A DNA stretch of 64,000 nucleotides from a virus (lineage: Duplodnaviria > Heunggongvirae > Uroviricota > Caudoviricetes), in IMG/VR virus record IMGVR_UViG_3300033155_000407, one strand, 5' to 3'. A model generated the notes under the pieces. That model did not search any database, was not told the origin of the DNA, and saw only the letters and a program-made list of their open reading frames with translations. Position numbers and translations under genes: made by a program. This document shows positions 26,701 to 35,652 of the stretch, piece after piece. Each line of letters opens with the position of its first letter. Positions within the stretch are counted from its first letter, which is position 1.

Positions 26701-29700
26701 GACGGATCCGTAGGTTGGGGTCACGATTTAATATTCTCTGTTGGTTCTTCTCCGGACGATCCAGCATTAGTAGTACAATGGACTTCAGGAACTATATGGA
26801 CAGCAGCTGGGTTAACTTTCCCTATAGATGCCGGAGACACCGGAGTAATGTCTGCTAGAACTTTTATATATTTTAACGGTGCTAGCCCTATACCAACTAC
26901 TATGTCTTTAACTACGAGTGCAGTAACTTCTGTAGGATTAGATAAAATATTAGTAGCAGTAGCAGAAAATACTACTACAGAAGCATTTTTCCAAGTATTC
27001 GGTGGTAGAGGTGGATTAAAAATTGCAGGGGACGAAATAGCGGCTAACTCTATAATAGCAAATAATGTTAATGCTAGTTTCTTTACAGGTAGAACCTTCC
27101 AAACTAGAGCACTTCTGTCAGAACAAACATCACCGTTTTCTACTAACCCTAGAGCTTCAATGCATGAAGGTGGATTTACTTTACAAGATGCGGAAGACAA
27201 CTCTGTATTTGAAGCAGATGCTACCGATGGACATTTAATAGTTGGTGGTACTTCTGATATTAATAATATTAGTGCCACTTCTATACAAGGTTGGGCTCAA
27301 TCAGCTATAGATGCTATAGCAGATAGATTAGGAACTGTAGGTCCTACAAATCCAACTGGTGGATCATTTACTTTCGCATCTTTACCCTTAGATATACCAG
27401 GTACAAGTGATGCAACTATTACGGGTGATACCCCAACTTCTGGGGTACTTAGTCATAAGGGTGGGGAAACTGTAAGTTTATCTTGCAGAGTATATGATGC
27501 TACTTTTGGATTCTTTTCTACTAACCAAAATTTTGTATCTCCAAGTTATGATGTTCAATTTAGAAGAGCTGTAAGTCCTTATACTGTTTGGGGAGATATA
27601 GGGGCACCACAAACTGTAACTGGAACATCTTTAAACGTGTTTGATCAGGAAATAGCAAAGTGGGAATGTTCCTTTAGAATAAATACAACAGCTTTAATGA
27701 CAGATGTTACTGGTGTTGACGCAACTGATTATAAATATCGAGCTGTTGTTTCGTATAATTCTGGATCCTTTAGTGCTATTAGTAGGATTACTGCTTTTAC
27801 TTATGCAGAACCAATATTTGGAGATGCTGCAGAAGGTAACGTCAGCAATACCGGAACACCACTCGACAATCAGATTGCTATCTGGACTAATTCTACGACC
27901 ATTGAAGGTGTTACAAACCTGACTTATGATGGTACAGACTTTGATGTAAATGCCAACCTCTTCATTGGTGGGGATGCTATAGGTCACTTTGAGACTGTTA
28001 GCGGGGTAGAAGGGTCAGTTCAAGCTGACGGAAAGGAGGGTTCGACTGGATTCTTTGCCGGCTATGCTGTTGGCAATAGATCCGGATTCTTCGACAATGT
28101 TGGAACGTTAACAACTAATCAGATCGCCGTATACGACCAATTGAATGCTCAGTATGTTCTAAGATATAACGGTGACGCGTCTAGTCATCGTGTAGCTCTT
28201 TATAATGACGGCACATTAAAATTCCAGACCTTAACAACTGGAGTCTTGGTTGTAGGGGACGTAGGCGCATCGACATTCAGTGGTGTAGCTTTAACTACCG
28301 CAGGTGCTGCAACTAACTTCCTTGATGAGACAGGTGCGTACTCTGTGCCTGGCGGCACAGGTGGAACAGTAACTACTGTTTCAGTTGTTTCTGCTAATGG
28401 TATCAGTGGTACAGTTGCAACAGCAACTACAACTCCAGCAATCACGCTTGCCTTAGATGATATTACTCCTGAGAGTATTGTAATTACTCCAGCTTCACCT
28501 CAAAATTTCACTGAAATTAGTAGTAGTATTGGTACATTTTTCATACGGCCAGCTAATGGTATATTAAGCGTATCTAAATCTGGTACACAATCTCGAGTTA
28601 GAGCGTATGGCCCTACAGCAGGTGGATTTCTTTATACTTCTATAACTCATAATGATACTGATGGGTGGGTAGAAAGTAATACCGGTGTACTAAACGTAGT
28701 AGGTGATAGTGATGTAGTTATAAGAACACAAGGAAATGAGCCTACTATCACGTGTACATCTGGTGGAGCAGTTACGATAAAGCATAATGTTAGTGCTAAA
28801 TTCGCAACTACTTCTACTGGGGTAGCTATAACAGGTGGTTTAACAACTACTACAACAGTTGCAGCTACGGGTAACGTTACGGGCGCGAACCTTTCAGGTT
28901 CAAACACTGGAGACAATGCGGGTGTAACAGCAGTTACAGGTGGCACAGGTGTAGATTCTACAGGAGGTAATACTCCAGATATTACACTAGATGTTGCTGA
29001 ATTAGCAGTTGGTGGTACATTACTTGCAACTGATCATCTTATAGCTGCTAATGCTGCGGTAAGTAATAAACAATTAATATCGTCTATACCTTTAAGTATA
29101 TTTAATGATGATATTGGTGCTGGTGGTGGGGGTACAGTTGGAGGTACAGGTACTGATAACTTTTTAGCTGTTTGGAACGGTACTGCTAACATTGATGCTG
29201 GGGATAGTTTTCTTGTAACGAATGCCGTTGACAAGTCTGCTGTAGAAGCTATCGCGGGTGCTTGGTCTTTCAGTGGATTAAACACAGTGACAGGTGGTTC
29301 ACTGCGATTCAACGACGGTGTAGACTGCATATTTGGAACTACCTCTGATGTTGCTATTAATTTCAATGGTGTTACTACCTTCGACATACAGATGATAAGT
29401 GGGGTAGACTTCCTTCTAAGGGGTGGAAGTGCGGGTTCAAAACCGATGATTGATGCTAGCTCCAATAGTCATGTGGCATTGTATTGGAACGGTAGTGTTA
29501 AGTTCATAACACAAACAACGGGAGTAGGTATAACTGGAACTTTGGCAGCAACAACTGTCACTGGTGCTAATGTAACTACGGGTGCTGATCCGGGGCATAC
29601 GCATACTACTGCTAGTATTACCGGACTATCGGGCACTAACACCGGTGACAATGCGGGTGTAACATCGGTTACAGGTGGTGTAGGTATTGATTCAACAGGG

Positions 29701-31992
29701 GGTACTACTCCAAGTATCACATTAGATGTTTCTGAATTAGGTCTCGGTGGTACATTACTTGCAACTGATCATCTTGTAGCTGCTAATGCTTCAGTAAGTA
29801 ATCGTCAAGTAATTTCATCTATACCATTAAGTATATTTAATAATAATTCTGGTTGGACAAGTAATACTGGTACAGTAACAAGTGTTACAGGTGGCACAGG
29901 TGTAGATTCAACAGGGGGTACTACTCCAAGTATCACATTAGATGTTAACGAGTTAGCAGTTGGTGGTACACTACTTGCAACTGATCACCTTATAGCTGCT
30001 AACTCTACAGTAAGTAATAAACAATTAATATCATCTATTCCACTAAGTATTTTTAATGATGATATAGGTGCTGGCGGAGCTTTCCTTCCTTTAGCTGGTG
30101 GCGCACTGACAGGTGCCACAAGCATCTCTGCTCAGTTTACGGTCTTACCACAGAACCTGATAATGCTAGATGCTGATGCAACGACACTTCGTTCGTATAT
30201 TGCAACGAAAGACGTAGCAGGAGTAGAGCGTAAGATTCTGGTTCGTGGTTCCTCACTCGATAGAATTAACATATCGAACGTGAACTTCGATACGAACATT
30301 CAGTACAAGACCCTTTTGATGTTCAATGGGTCGGAGAACCTCACGATTGGTGGTGACCTCAATATAGGGGGTGACGCTACAGGTCACTTTGAAACTGTTA
30401 GTGGGATAGAAGGTTCTGTACAAGCTGACGGAAAGGAAGGTTCCACTGGATTTTTTGCAGGTTACTCTGTTGGTAATAGATCTGGATTCTACGATAACGC
30501 CGGAACGTTGACAACTAATCAGATTGGCATATACGATCAACTGAATACTCAGTATGTTCTAAGGTATAACGGTGACGCGTCTAGCCATCGTGTAGCTCTT
30601 TACAATGACGGCACATTAAAATTTCAGACCTTAACAACTGGAGTCCTGGTTGTAGGAGATGTAGGTGCAACAACCTTTAATGGTGGAACTCTTTCAGGTT
30701 CAAATACTGGAGATAATACAGTTAACACCAGCGTAAACCTATCCGACTACTCTGGTGACGCAGACTCGGCAACCACTCGTGGTAACCGTCGTGTCAATAG
30801 CACAGCAACTAACATGCCTACGGCTAGTACCTTCTGGTCTATGATGACGTATGGCAATGGTTCAAATGTTGCTGCTCAGTTAGCTACACATTTTACGACT
30901 GGTGACACTTACGTTAGAGCATTCAATACGGTATGGTCTTCTTGGACCCAACTAGGTTCTGGCTCAGTAGCGTTTAATGATTTGACCAGTAAGACAAGTG
31001 GCACAGGTAATTACACAACTACAGGTGACTTCACCGCAGACAACTTCGAAGCTACTGGTCTTGGACCGAACAGTACTCCAGGAACTGATGATTCTTACTT
31101 TGGCGGGTATGGAGTGTTGGGTAGTCGTGCTAGTACTACTTACGTCAGTAATGTTGCTGGAGCCGTCTCACTAAATCACACTGGCATTCACGGCACTAAT
31201 ATAAAACTCGCAACGACTACAACTGGTGTTGCTATAACGGGGGGTATTACGGTTACGTCAACTACGCTGGTAACCAATCTAAATGCTGACAGACTTGACA
31301 GTGTTCACGGCTCTTCATTCCTACGATCAGATGCTGCGGATCAGAAGACCTCCGGCAACCTAAGATTCAATGACAACATTCAGTTGAATTTTGGTAATGG
31401 GGACGACGTTGATATGTACTTTAGTGGCGTAGACTTCTTTATTGATATGCCAGCTACGACATCAGACTTTAGAGTGCGTGGTGGCACTGGTGGCACTGAA
31501 GTAATGTTTGCTGGTATCGCAAACGGTCAGGCTATAATGTATTACAATGGTCTCCCCGGTATTCAGACTCAAAGTCATACGGCAACGGGTAACACTTCAG
31601 GGGGCACGGTTACAGATCATGAGAATAGTCCTAGAGACTTGGGATTCAATGATGTTAAAGTCACTGACAATAACCCTGCTTCCGTAACCCTTGCGGCAAA
31701 CCAGTGTGGTTCCTCAATCGTGATGGATGACAACACAGCATTCACAGTTACGCTGCCAGCATCGACCGGACTAGATTTCCCAGTGGGGGGAATGACTATA
31801 CTTATTAATGCTAATACTTCAGCAGTTAATATGACTATAGTGGACACAGCCTCTGCTACTTGTTACTATATGAGCGGTACTGCTAGGACTGATATTGCGG
31901 GTACTGCTACATTGGGTCCGGGTGGAGTTGCTACTATATACAGACAAGAAGCGGCCATATTTTTAATCTGGGGAACAGGTATAACACCATGA
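26326..31992 (+). CDS. giant tail fibre protein (1888 aa) with a repeat-derived N-terminus and internal duplicated modules
   Basis: The frame opens at 26323; the apparent start is TTG with no RBS; Gly/Thr/Ser/Asn-rich fibre-like composition; internal duplications at 27961-28284 and 30361-30687, and a triple repeat at 28900-29125, 29632-29860 and 29880-30080. Confidence 0.75.
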   Translation: MDIKCNASSPQDPSWSATSIYATRVDGVIGLTGQAVRHVNMYNLNDNTVADTAGGTFNTPISGTNASDGWTLNVPSLALDGDIVYVTTRTFTNDAGSPQDPAWSATSIYAQRTDGATGATGATGADGSVGWGHDLIFSVGSSPDDPALVVQWTSGTIWTAAGLTFPIDAGDTGVMSARTFIYFNGASPIPTTMSLTTSAVTSVGLDKILVAVAENTTTEAFFQVFGGRGGLKIAGDEIAANSIIANNVNASFFTGRTFQTRALLSEQTSPFSTNPRASMHEGGFTLQDAEDNSVFEADATDGHLIVGGTSDINNISATSIQGWAQSAIDAIADRLGTVGPTNPTGGSFTFASLPLDIPGTSDATITGDTPTSGVLSHKGGETVSLSCRVYDATFGFFSTNQNFVSPSYDVQFRRAVSPYTVWGDIGAPQTVTGTSLNVFDQEIAKWECSFRINTTALMTDVTGVDATDYKYRAVVSYNSGSFSAISRITAFTYAEPIFGDAAEGNVSNTGTPLDNQIAIWTNSTTIEGVTNLTYDGTDFDVNANLFIGGDAIGHFETVSGVEGSVQADGKEGSTGFFAGYAVGNRSGFFDNVGTLTTNQIAVYDQLNAQYVLRYNGDASSHRVALYNDGTLKFQTLTTGVLVVGDVGASTFSGVALTTAGAATNFLDETGAYSVPGGTGGTVTTVSVVSANGISGTVATATTTPAITLALDDITPESIVITPASPQNFTEISSSIGTFFIRPANGILSVSKSGTQSRVRAYGPTAGGFLYTSITHNDTDGWVESNTGVLNVVGDSDVVIRTQGNEPTITCTSGGAVTIKHNVSAKFATTSTGVAITGGLTTTTTVAATGNVTGANLSGSNTGDNAGVTAVTGGTGVDSTGGNTPDITLDVAELAVGGTLLATDHLIAANAAVSNKQLISSIPLSIFNDDIGAGGGGTVGGTGTDNFLAVWNGTANIDAGDSFLVTNAVDKSAVEAIAGAWSFSGLNTVTGGSLRFNDGVDCIFGTTSDVAINFNGVTTFDIQMISGVDFLLRGGSAGSKPMIDASSNSHVALYWNGSVKFITQTTGVGITGTLAATTVTGANVTTGADPGHTHTTASITGLSGTNTGDNAGVTSVTGGVGIDSTGGTTPSITLDVSELGLGGTLLATDHLVAANASVSNRQVISSIPLSIFNNNSGWTSNTGTVTSVTGGTGVDSTGGTTPSITLDVNELAVGGTLLATDHLIAANSTVSNKQLISSIPLSIFNDDIGAGGAFLPLAGGALTGATSISAQFTVLPQNLIMLDADATTLRSYIATKDVAGVERKILVRGSSLDRINISNVNFDTNIQYKTLLMFNGSENLTIGGDLNIGGDATGHFETVSGIEGSVQADGKEGSTGFFAGYSVGNRSGFYDNAGTLTTNQIGIYDQLNTQYVLRYNGDASSHRVALYNDGTLKFQTLTTGVLVVGDVGATTFNGGTLSGSNTGDNTVNTSVNLSDYSGDADSATTRGNRRVNSTATNMPTASTFWSMMTYGNGSNVAAQLATHFTTGDTYVRAFNTVWSSWTQLGSGSVAFNDLTSKTSGTGNYTTTGDFTADNFEATGLGPNSTPGTDDSYFGGYGVLGSRASTTYVSNVAGAVSLNHTGIHGTNIKLATTTTGVAITGGITVTSTTLVTNLNADRLDSVHGSSFLRSDAADQKTSGNLRFNDNIQLNFGNGDDVDMYFSGVDFFIDMPATTSDFRVRGGTGGTEVMFAGIANGQAIMYYNGLPGIQTQSHTATGNTSGGTVTDHENSPRDLGFNDVKVTDNNPASVTLAANQCGSSIVMDDNTAFTVTLPASTGLDFPVGGMTILINANTSAVNMTIVDTASATCYYMSGTARTDIAGTATLGPGGVATIYRQEAAIFLIWGTGITP

Positions 31993-32870
31993 GTATGAGT
32001 GTTTATCCCGTGTGTAATGCAGCACAACAGGGTTCCGTTGCCCCCCCACTGGTTAGTGCGTTAGGAAATGGGGATACTAATTCTGCTATTCTGTCCTCAG
32101 TTAAAGTAGGTGTGAGATTTGCTACTGATGGTGAGGAATATGAATTCCTTGCATCGGGTCCGCCTACTGCAACTATTGGTACTTGGCTGGATCAAGGTGT
32201 TTCTAGTGATGTCTGGGTTGAACACTTACGCACATCTGGAACCGAGACTAGATTTGCCGATCATCCTAATGCAACGCGCATTAACATAGCCTTAAACGCA
32301 AATTTTACACTTACAGATACCACTACAGGTGATGGTGCGAAGACCATCACAGGAACCTTTAAGTTCTGGGATGCAGCTAGTGGGGGTAACGTTTTAGATA
32401 CTACGTCAAGTGCCCAATATTCGGCAAATAGACTTGTTGATATGTGTCCTACTTGTTGTTTCACACCTTGGACGCTCATTACTATGGCCAATGGATTAAT
32501 GGCCAGAATTGTTGATATAAGGGAGGGGGATTTAATACAGGTTGAAGACGGGGTAGAGCCGGTTAAAAGTATTATTACACGTACAAATCGTGTTATGTAC
32601 CGAATTACATTTGCCGATGGTAGAGGATTAGAGTTGTCAGAGGATCACCCACTATATGTAGAGGGTAAAGGTTATTCTGCAATTAATCCGGATCCCGGTA
32701 TAGACTATAAAGACTTAGGTATTGCTGAACCTCTTTTAATAGGGGACAAGGTAAGAGATGTGGCAGGTAACTCTACTGCTATTAAAATCATAGATTGTAT
32801 TGAATATCCTAGCACAGTTTATACTCTTGAGAATTCCAAATTCTACGCTAATGGATTACTGGTATACTAA
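31989..32870 (+). CDS. fibre-associated protein with a C-terminal Hint domain (second copy)
   Basis: ATGA overlap with the fibre gene; from C157 (nt 32457) CFTPWTLITMANGLMARIVDIREGDLIQV...SEDHPLYV...FYANGLLVY, about 55% identical to the Hint domain of 21341..22396. Confidence 0.6.
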   Translation: MSMSVYPVCNAAQQGSVAPPLVSALGNGDTNSAILSSVKVGVRFATDGEEYEFLASGPPTATIGTWLDQGVSSDVWVEHLRTSGTETRFADHPNATRINIALNANFTLTDTTTGDGAKTITGTFKFWDAASGGNVLDTTSSAQYSANRLVDMCPTCCFTPWTLITMANGLMARIVDIREGDLIQVEDGVEPVKSIITRTNRVMYRITFADGRGLELSEDHPLYVEGKGYSAINPDPGIDYKDLGIAEPLLIGDKVRDVAGNSTAIKIIDCIEYPSTVYTLENSKFYANGLLVY

Positions 32871-32871
32871 T

Positions 32872-33360
32872 ATGGCAGGCATTTGTTTCTATTATGAAAA
32901 TTCAAACATAGATATATGTTCGGGAAAGGATTTGTTTGCATGGGACTACAATTGTAGGGCTGCCGAAGATATTGACAAGATGATTGTAATTAATCTGGCT
33001 AACTCTGTCCCCGAGAACCCCGGAGAGACTACAGGACGAACATATGATTTTAAGGTAGTACAATCACTAGAACAAGCAGAATTACTCATGAAAGGGGACC
33101 GTATTACACAAGTTGTATGTCCTTGGAATTTTGATCAACAAGTCACAGAGTTGTGGGATTATGATCACGAAACCGACTGGTACGTATTTGGTCCCGCACA
33201 AGGTTGGAGAGGTTATGATATGTATACTAACAAGATATCAATACCTGTATCTGAAGAATCGCCTATGTTCTCAGTTCATTCTGCAACTGTTATTCTTACC
33301 CATAGGTATAAAATAAATATAATTACAAAGCAACACGCTTTAAATACTAAACTTTCATAG
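32872..33360 (+). CDS. hypothetical protein (start moved to the ATG right after the upstream stop)
   Basis: ORF 32800..33360 in the track; the internal Met at 32872 avoids a 70-nt overlap with the upstream gene. Confidence 0.4.
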   Translation: MAGICFYYENSNIDICSGKDLFAWDYNCRAAEDIDKMIVINLANSVPENPGETTGRTYDFKVVQSLEQAELLMKGDRITQVVCPWNFDQQVTELWDYDHETDWYVFGPAQGWRGYDMYTNKISIPVSEESPMFSVHSATVILTHRYKINIITKQHALNTKLS

Positions 33361-33370
33361 GAGAAAGATA

Positions 33371-33595
33371 ATGACAAACGAAGAATTAACAAACGTAATT
33401 TTAGCAGGATTGAATACTCTATCCAGCGAAGATGTAAAAGTATCAGCTAGAGAAATAGAAACATTAGCTGGTTTTAAGGAGATACTACGAGCTATTCTGA
33501 GTGGAGAGCTAATATTAGCCACACCAGATAGGGTTCTTCCAGAAGGTGTTGAATTACCTAAAGAGGAAAAAACCCCCGAGGAAGATAGCTCTTAA
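33371..33595 (+). CDS. small hypothetical protein (74 aa)
   Basis: GGAGAAAG RBS; its 3-prime end is duplicated as a 41-bp tandem repeat. Confidence 0.4.
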   Translation: MTNEELTNVILAGLNTLSSEDVKVSAREIETLAGFKEILRAILSGELILATPDRVLPEGVELPKEEKTPEEDSS

Positions 33596-33637
33596 TACCT
33601 AAAGAGGAAAAAACCCCCGAGGAAGATAGCTCTTAAT
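33556..33637 (+). repeat. perfect 41-bp tandem direct duplication (acctaaagaggaaaaaacccccgaggaagatagctcttaat x2)
   Basis: Read directly; it spans the stop codon of 33371..33595. Confidence 0.9.
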
Positions 33638-33655
33638 TTTATAGGAGAAATATAA

Positions 33656-35650
33656 ATGACAATAGCAGACGACTTTAGTGTTGCAGTAAATGGGGACATA
33701 CGTCACATTTCAGGCACTACTAATTATACAGTACTAGCAATGCACAGATTTTTACAAGACTTAGCCGATGATGCGCAAGCTGCTGGTGATGATCTTGTAG
33801 ATATTACATCTAGTACGCCTTCTGAGCGTTCAACTGATAATATTATAACATTAATTAATAGTTATAATATTGATGATACCGCCGCAGAATTTTTATTCGA
33901 CGGATCTATCACTCAAGCGGGGGGAGCTACAGTATATTCAGGACTACAAGTACTTGGTGCTGTAAATTCAACTGCTAGTGGTGATTCTACTCAATTAATG
34001 GTAATTCAAGATAACGATCTTTACCAATTTACAACTACACCTGCTACGCCTTTCTGGGGTGATCAAGCTGCTGGCGGTTACAATGGTAATGCTACTGCAG
34101 GTATTTTAATGCAATGTATGATTAAAACAAGAGTTAATGGTGCAGACATTGACGGACAAAGAGTAAGATTACAAGCTAGACACTGGGGAGATACTTATGA
34201 CTTCTTCAACGTGGCTATGGGACAAGGTATCTCGGTTGCCGCTATCGGTACAACTCCTGATGCTCAAAATGATACTGCTCAGGTTACAGTTACTGCTTAC
34301 GCAGATGTACTTAACTCTGGTGGTACTGCTAATGCTCCAACAGGCGGATATCAATTAATTGATCTACAAAACGGTAATGGTACTCAACCTTACTATTCTC
34401 AATGGACTTTTGGTGCAAGAAACCTAAAAGCCCTTTGGGAGTACACAAAGGACCTATCTGGTAATGGAACAGCAAAAACTATAGATACACAACCAGGTGA
34501 GACATTTTTGGGCGTTACCCATGATTTAAACTTTGATCAAGATTCCGGTGCTGGTGCTTTCCAGGAAAGAGAAACAGTAGTCTGGGGCACAAAAATATTT
34601 TACAATACTCTAGTATCCGGTCCTTTTACTGCTGGCAACTATGTTACTATAGGTACTGGTGGTGCAGCGGGACGTGTAATGTTTGACGATGGTGTTGACG
34701 AGCTAATCGTAGCTCTTGAGGACACATCTATTACGCTACTAACTACTGACGTAATAACAGAGTTCCCTGGTCCAGGGGCCGGTGCAACTACTACTACTGC
34801 GGCAATCAATGTAACCGTTATAGATAATAACAGGTCCGGTGGTTCTGGATTACTATTGGCCCTTAATGATGTAGGTTTAACTGGTGATATTTGGATACAA
34901 CTATTAACAGGATCAGCCCCCGCAGATAATCTTCAATTGCGTGGAGTAACTTCTGGATCTGTAGCTTTAACAAACGGGGCTCCAGTAGCACGTACAATTC
35001 CTAAGATCTTTACTGGATCATTTACAGGTACTTATATTGGTGCCTTTGGTTTAGGTATTGATCCTAATGATTTAACAGCTAGTGATACTATTCAAGATTT
35101 ACTTGGTGTAACACAAACTCCACCTAACAATGTTACATTTACTGTAGGCGGATTAGTAACAGGTGAGGATTACGTTCTAGTAGGTCCACGTTTAGCCGGT
35201 ATACTTGACAAAGCTCAGTTCGGATTAGCTACACCAGGATTGTCTAGTGGTACTAATACTGCTATTCAAATAGATGCTACTATTCCTACTGATACTCCAG
35301 CTACTGGACAAACAGCAGATACTACACGTTTACGTGTACAAATGGATAGTGGAATATTTAGAAAACAAACTTACGAATCTTATGCGACAGATACGTTTAC
35401 TACACTATCTACAGATTATTCGGGCGGCAGTATAGCTGCTGCACAAAATGACGTATTCTTAGCCTATATAGATAGGTTAGTAACTAGTCCAGCTACTTCT
35501 TTATCCTTTACGGGTATTTATAGTGTTGACAGAGACTTGCTGGTAAGAGTTAGAGATGGTGGTGGAACACCAATTAAAACGTTTGAATTACCTGCTACAT
35601 TCGGTAATGCTAACGTAACCATTGCTGCTATTAGAACTTCGGATGCATAA
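33656..35650 (+). CDS. large putative tail fibre / baseplate structural protein
   Basis: 664 aa rich in G/T/S/N/D with low K/R, typical of fibre or spike proteins; translationally coupled to the next gene. Confidence 0.45.
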   Translation: MTIADDFSVAVNGDIRHISGTTNYTVLAMHRFLQDLADDAQAAGDDLVDITSSTPSERSTDNIITLINSYNIDDTAAEFLFDGSITQAGGATVYSGLQVLGAVNSTASGDSTQLMVIQDNDLYQFTTTPATPFWGDQAAGGYNGNATAGILMQCMIKTRVNGADIDGQRVRLQARHWGDTYDFFNVAMGQGISVAAIGTTPDAQNDTAQVTVTAYADVLNSGGTANAPTGGYQLIDLQNGNGTQPYYSQWTFGARNLKALWEYTKDLSGNGTAKTIDTQPGETFLGVTHDLNFDQDSGAGAFQERETVVWGTKIFYNTLVSGPFTAGNYVTIGTGGAAGRVMFDDGVDELIVALEDTSITLLTTDVITEFPGPGAGATTTTAAINVTVIDNNRSGGSGLLLALNDVGLTGDIWIQLLTGSAPADNLQLRGVTSGSVALTNGAPVARTIPKIFTGSFTGTYIGAFGLGIDPNDLTASDTIQDLLGVTQTPPNNVTFTVGGLVTGEDYVLVGPRLAGILDKAQFGLATPGLSSGTNTAIQIDATIPTDTPATGQTADTTRLRVQMDSGIFRKQTYESYATDTFTTLSTDYSGGSIAAAQNDVFLAYIDRLVTSPATSLSFTGIYSVDRDLLVRVRDGGGTPIKTFELPATFGNANVTIAAIRTSDA

Positions 35651-35652
35651 AA

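Noticed and set aside
32800-32871. N-terminal 24 aa of ORF 32800..33360 overlapping the Hint-domain gene
   Set aside because: An internal ATG at 32872 directly after the upstream stop gives a non-overlapping gene. The upstream extension is probably spurious.
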